This document shows, in pieces, positions 59,173-64,000 of a stretch of 64,000 nt of DNA. Source of the stretch: Zancudomyces culisetae HAW-14-8 (taxonomy: Eukaryota > Fungi > Kickxellomycota); assembly GCA_052426225.1 (NCBI GenBank), contig JBNJNM010000010.1, positions 1,420,059-1,484,058 of the forward strand. The letters are read 5' to 3'. Numbering within the stretch: position 1 is the stretch's first letter; every line of letters begins with the position of its first letter. The translations under genes and the position numbers were made by a program. The notes below the pieces were generated by a model. The model searched no databases. It was not told the origin of the DNA and saw only the letters and a list, made by a program, of their open reading frames with translations.

Positions 59173-60412
59173 TTAAAGTTTGGGGGCAAAGGAAGCACCG
59201 CCATCAACAACAATCACAGCTCCACAGACATAGTTTGATGCCTTTGATGACAAGTATATGCATACTGCTGCCATGTCTGATGGAATTCCTATTCTCCCAG
59301 TTGGAATGCCTTTTACCAACTCACTACCAAACTTTTTAAGTGTGTCTGCCATCATTTTGGATTCAAATGCGCCAGGTGCAACTGCATTTACAAGAATATT
59401 GCGAGGTGCTAGGAAGTTGGCCATCCCCCGTGTCATATGGTGGAGCCCAGCCTTGGATGCACCGTATGCGTATGTCTCATGTCTCGAGACTCCGATTCCA
59501 TCAATTGACCCAATGTTTATTATTCTAGATGGATCATCCTTGGTCGCTTTTTTCTCCAGAAGTGGTGTCAGCCTATAATGTTACATGATTTACAAAATAA
59601 ATTAGACAGTTTGTTTTAGTTATGGCGTCTCGTAGTTTTGGCCACATATCCTTGTAATTGTATGTAAAACCTAGACAGATTCTTACCCTTGTGAAAGATA
59701 AAAAATATGTGTTAGATTCAGGTTCAACACCTTTTCGAAACCTGACTCTGGGTACTGGCTAAATGGAGCTGCCCAGTTAGCACCTGCATTGTTAATCACC
59801 ACATCAATTCCTTCTGGTTCTCTTTTTTCCATTTCTGAGATGAGGTGCTTGATTCCCTGCTTTTTAGACAAATCGGCTGGAACCGAAATACACGTCCCTG
59901 GACCAACTTTTGTAAGCGACTCAGCTACTTTGTCACACACATCGGCACTTCGGCTGCTAATATATACTTTTGCACCATTTGAAACAAAGCCCTAAAAATG
60001 TAGGTGTTTATATTTATTCACCATTTTGTTGCAAAAACTTGTGTATACGAGCACACAATACTCAAAGAGCAGGTTAGGTTTGACAGAATATCCAGCAAAA
60101 AGTTCAAATACAGAAAAGTCAAATACTTTGTTATATTTTCAGCTGTAACTTACCTCGGCTATCATAAGTCCGATACTAAAAACGTAAAAGAGTTGTAAAT
60201 TAGTTTAAATCGTAGCTACAGTGCTATATTCGCATATTTATTTGCCTGTTCTTGTATTGTTTAATGGGTAACCAATTTATAGCATATTGCAATTTCATAG
60301 TGAAAAAATGTTAAGTACCACAGAATACTTACCCACGCGAGCCACCAGTAACCAGCACAACTTTTCCTTTAACGCCAAAAAGATTGTTTACGTTCATAGC
60401 AGAAGCAGCCAT
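59173..60412 (-). CDS. Classical short-chain dehydrogenase/reductase (RhlG-like), 4 exons including a 22-nt microexon (60175-60154)
   Basis: Spliced VLVTGGSRG-IGLMIAE-GFVSNGAKVYISSR; NNAGANW; YGASKAG; VNAVAPG; VDGG. Ends in APKL, a PTS1-like variant. Confidence 0.9.
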
Positions 60413-60570
60413 TGTAACTAAGGTTGAGTTTGAGTTGGAATAGTTTTTCGATCTAACACGCTATCTATTGCAAGTTATTGAACCTTAAATAAGAACGAAT
60501 ACAAGATTCAAGAGTGAAGAGTCGGGCAGAGGTTAAGTTTAAATACTTTTATTTTCATGCATAAACACAA

Positions 60571-60618
60571 AACATGAAATCGGCTCCAGAACATGAAATT
60601 GGCTCCAGAACATGAAAT
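60571..60618. repeat. 19-bp tandem repeat x2.5 (AACATGAAATYGGCTCCAG) upstream of the SDR gene
   Basis: Seen directly. Confidence 0.8.
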
Positions 60619-61565
60619 AATTATTTTTTTCACGAGTATTTCCGAAACAAAAATTAACGAAAAAAAATGCCGATTTTGTATTGTGTGTATCCATTCATTT
60701 AGTTAGGGGTATGTGGAAGTACAATTCGCTCTTATCAATCTTCTAAATCAATGATGTTTGACACTCCACGTTCACAATTTTGAAGCAATATTCATATTTA
60801 CCTACTAGCACAAGATTACTAAAGGTCAATTTATTCATTGTTCGTGTACTGCTGCTTCATAGATTAAACATGTCAGCTCTTTGCTCAATAAATACTCCAA
60901 CTCAAAGAAAAAACAAACATGTACAAAATACTCGTACGTGAATGGTTCTGCAGTGGAGTGTGTTCCAAATACAGAAATATCACTTTATTGCCAACTTTTA
61001 TATTCAATGATTCTTCTCAATTACAGCGACTGTGTTTTTTTCTGACTGCTTGTCAAAAGTATATCAATTAAAGTACATACAAGCCAACTAGATAGCTGTA
61101 CACATTGCTTAGCAGTTGAAAATATCCCACTGGAAGCAATGAATCTGAAAAGTGTTAAGTTCAAACCATACTGAGCTTTTAAGCTTATTTCATGGTTTGT
61201 ACACTATTGAGTATACTCACCAGTATCAAAGCTAGACAAAAAGACGATATACATAGCTCAGCTCAGGCTGGTCTAGTAGCAGGTTAGTTGAGCAAGTTTC
61301 AAAGATATCATATAATGGGTCTTATTTAGAACTAAGATTTGCCACAAATTGGGATATGTTAATTCGTGCATTTTCACTTTTTGTCCGTAAATTATTGTGA
61401 TTTTTGACTTTTCACTATTTTTATTGGAGCAATTATAACTCGATATTTAATTTATCATACATATTGATACAATTCGCTTTGTAAATATATAGAATATGTA
61501 AGAGTACCAGATAACTTTTGAGCTTCAAACGTTAAGGATCAAATAATATTTAGAAAATCGAGAGT

Positions 61566-62532
61566 ATGGATTTGGATCATCTTGAAGATTTGATTGAAAA
61601 GGTAAAAACTTGATATATAATTTATTGTTCTGATGAGAAACTAGTTTTTGGTATTCAGTGGTAATTGGGGGATTCTAAATTTAGGTTCGTACCATAAGGT
61701 ATAAAATGGTGAATTTATCCAGCGAAATTTCTGGATATGAGGGAAACAACAACAGTAAGCTGTTTAATTCATAATATAAGTCTTCTACTCCCCAAACACT
61801 GTTGATATTATGATGGGTATAAACGCTTTTATTTTGTACTAAGTTGACAAAGCACATTTAATAAACATAGGGATCCAGACCTTGGAGGATATTGAGAATA
61901 ATTCTGTTGATATTTATAATGCAATAAGCGAAATTACTAAAAAATTAGCGGAGCACAATCAGAGTATAGCAGGGTCGAACCTGATACCAAAAAAATCGAC
62001 AAAGAGTGATGCAAGTGAAAAAGACATTGGGGAAAAACAAAGAGCACAGAAACTTCTAGCGCTAAAAAAGATGGCGTCAGAATTGCTTGATCAGGAGCGT
62101 GAACAATTCTACAGGAATGAGCTTGTGGAAAAGCTAAAAGGGGTTCAAAAAGAGATCAAGGAATTCGGATTGAAGATATACTTGAAGGATGAAGAGATCA
62201 GGATCAAAATTGGGCATATTTTTATTGTCAGAGTGATACTAGAAGAGAGCAAGAACACCAAAATCAGGGCAGTCAAGGCTGATATACTTTATAAGCGTGG
62301 TACGCGGGTATACAAAGTTATGGAAAGGCTTATACAAGAGAGGTTCTGTTTTGTCGGAAAGTATGATATTGTAGGATTTATAAAATGGCTACAGGGATAT
62401 TCTGGTGTGTTTTCGAAAAAGTGCCAGGTGTGTAGGAAGGTATTCAAATATCAATACGAACTCAATACATTTATTCCGGCAGTGGTCGTTGGAGCAGAGG
62501 AGGGGGTTTATTTACACACAGATTGCGTCTAG
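61566..62532 (+). CDS. MED27: Mediator subunit Med27-like, 3 exons (61566-61601, ~61685-61754, 61871-62532)
   Basis: C-terminal FIKWLQGYSGVFSKKCQVCRK...P...LHTDC fits the Med27 C-C-H-C zinc motif. The three exons splice in frame. Confidence 0.75.
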
Positions 62533-63353
62533 TGAATACCTATCTCTTGTTTTATCAAGTAATGGGGAGTAATTTTAATGCTAATACTCTATAAATATGT
62601 AAATTTGGTACTTTGTATTCATGAAAACCATTAGTGAGCTTGGTATCCCAAAAAATGAAACTGGTTGTGCTTAACTATTCGATTTTGTATACTTTTGATA
62701 GTTTTTTTGAACCACTGTTTTATATATTTGCAGGCTCTAGTAATAAAGGATCGTTGGGCAAATATAATGGTTAACAAGATATGCTTTTTTAAGTAATGTG
62801 TGCTCATTCAGGAAAAGAAATACGGGATGAATAGATCTTTTATCAAATCTATTGAATCATTCAAATATCAACTAATCCACTACCTAATGTTAAACCTCAT
62901 AACTAAAGGTATCATTTTCAAATTACTATAGCCAAACAAAACACGAATTAATGCCACAAGTTTACCATAATATATCCGTTCTAGAGTTTCAAACCTGGCA
63001 AACTTGGTTTCGTTGATAGGTGATCCCTAAGTATTTGAAAAATTTATACCTTCAAACCTGCAGTCACGTATGTCTAATTTTAAAATTTTTATACTAGTAC
63101 TTTCATTATTGTACGCAACAGCATTAGCAAAATACACGATTACTTTTTCTGTCTCTTAATGGTCGCCAAATACTAAAAATATTTTTGATTTTTATTTGTG
63201 TTTGAAATTAAACATCTAAAATAACTACTTTTGAAACAAGGAATAAAAACCAAATTTATATAAAAAAAATAGAGTTAGTAGCAATAGAAGGACATAAAAA
63301 ACAAAAGTATATAAAGTTTTAAACTAATATATAGAAAGAGCTAACAGACAGTA

Positions 63354-64000
63354 ATGGTGAGAGGGTTTGAGGAAAAGGTAAAGAAATATGAAGTAAGTGA
63401 GAAAACTCTCAAAGAATTGGAGGCCAAATTAATCGAAGCCAAAGCACAAGGTACGCAGAAACCAAGTAGGTTTAAACAAGATGTGGTACAACGATACCTG
63501 GAGGAAAAAGTAAAGCTACAGGAGATTTTTGAGGAAATTGTATTGGGATGGCCAGAAAGGCATGATGTGGGTGAATTTACTGGGCGATTTTGGTATGCAG
63601 GGGTATATGAAGGGATAGAACTTTATCGTAAACTTAAATTGGGCCCTGAGAATGAAAAATACTTGAAACCGGAGGAGCAAAAAAATCAGAAAAAGAGTAT
63701 GGAGAAAAGGAGAATCGAAGAGGAGCTGTTACTCGAGAGACAGATTAATTTAGGAGTAGGATTCTTTAATAGAATGATTAGAAATATAGACACGAGAATA
63801 GAGGGTAGAAAATACTACGAGCCGAATTTGTATTTGCTCAAAGGTAGTGAAGGAAATGATGCTATTTTGGGTCTAGTAAAACTTCTTAGTATTTGTTATA
63901 TCTTTTTGGGGGATTTGGAGAGATACAGAGTGAGGTATTTGGCTTTAAATCAGCCAAAAGGCGAGGATTTGTGGGCTATAGCAAAACAAATGTACATTAA
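63354..64000 (+). CDS. Est1/Ebs1/SMG5-7 family protein, 5' part (runs off the window)
   Basis: Open frame MVRGFEEK... with FW...Y..IE.YRK and CYIFLGDLERYR...A..MY, the EST1 TPR signature. Not in the ORF track because there is no stop within the window. Confidence 0.75.
   Translation, partial: MVRGFEEKVKKYEVSEKTLKELEAKLIEAKAQGTQKPSRFKQDVVQRYLEEKVKLQEIFEEIVLGWPERHDVGEFTGRFWYAGVYEGIELYRKLKLGPENEKYLKPEEQKNQKKSMEKRRIEEELLLERQINLGVGFFNRMIRNIDTRIEGRKYYEPNLYLLKGSEGNDAILGLVKLLSICYIFLGDLERYRVRYLALNQPKGEDLWAIAKQMYI

Overview
Eukaryotic, almost certainly fungal, genomic DNA. It has short GT-AG introns with (TA)CTAAY branch points, a Zn2Cys6 transcription factor, Chs5 and a rhodanese-PTP. A PP2A B'' subunit suggests an early-diverging fungus; Zoopagomycota/Harpellales-like is a guess I cannot confirm. 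Positions 1-36.0 kb and 57.3-64 kb hold ordinary genes: PP2A B'', TRS23, LDH, PTP, SEC20, VLCFA ketoreductase, NDUFS4, CHS5, RasGEF, Zn2Cys6 TF, a secreted Gly-rich protein, an SDR, MED27 and an Est1/SMG-like gene. Between them is a ~21 kb very AT-rich, nearly gene-free island with unusual architecture. A ~360-400 bp repeat occurs as two tandem copies near each end in inverted orientation, each pair beside a tRNA gene (Ile-AAT, Val-AAC). Directly upstream of tRNA-Ile, a ~207 bp inverted repeat encloses a 2.9 kb core rich in hairpins and a recurring YRACA-N4/5-TGTYR dyad. The island also carries an orphan intronless ORF with a tandem beta-trefoil-like pattern, and a young intact Ty3/gypsy element whose single ORF starts inside its LTR. 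The island (centromere-like domain versus tRNA-anchored mobile island) is the main candidate for something undescribed. All alignments, identities and base-composition statements were made by eye.
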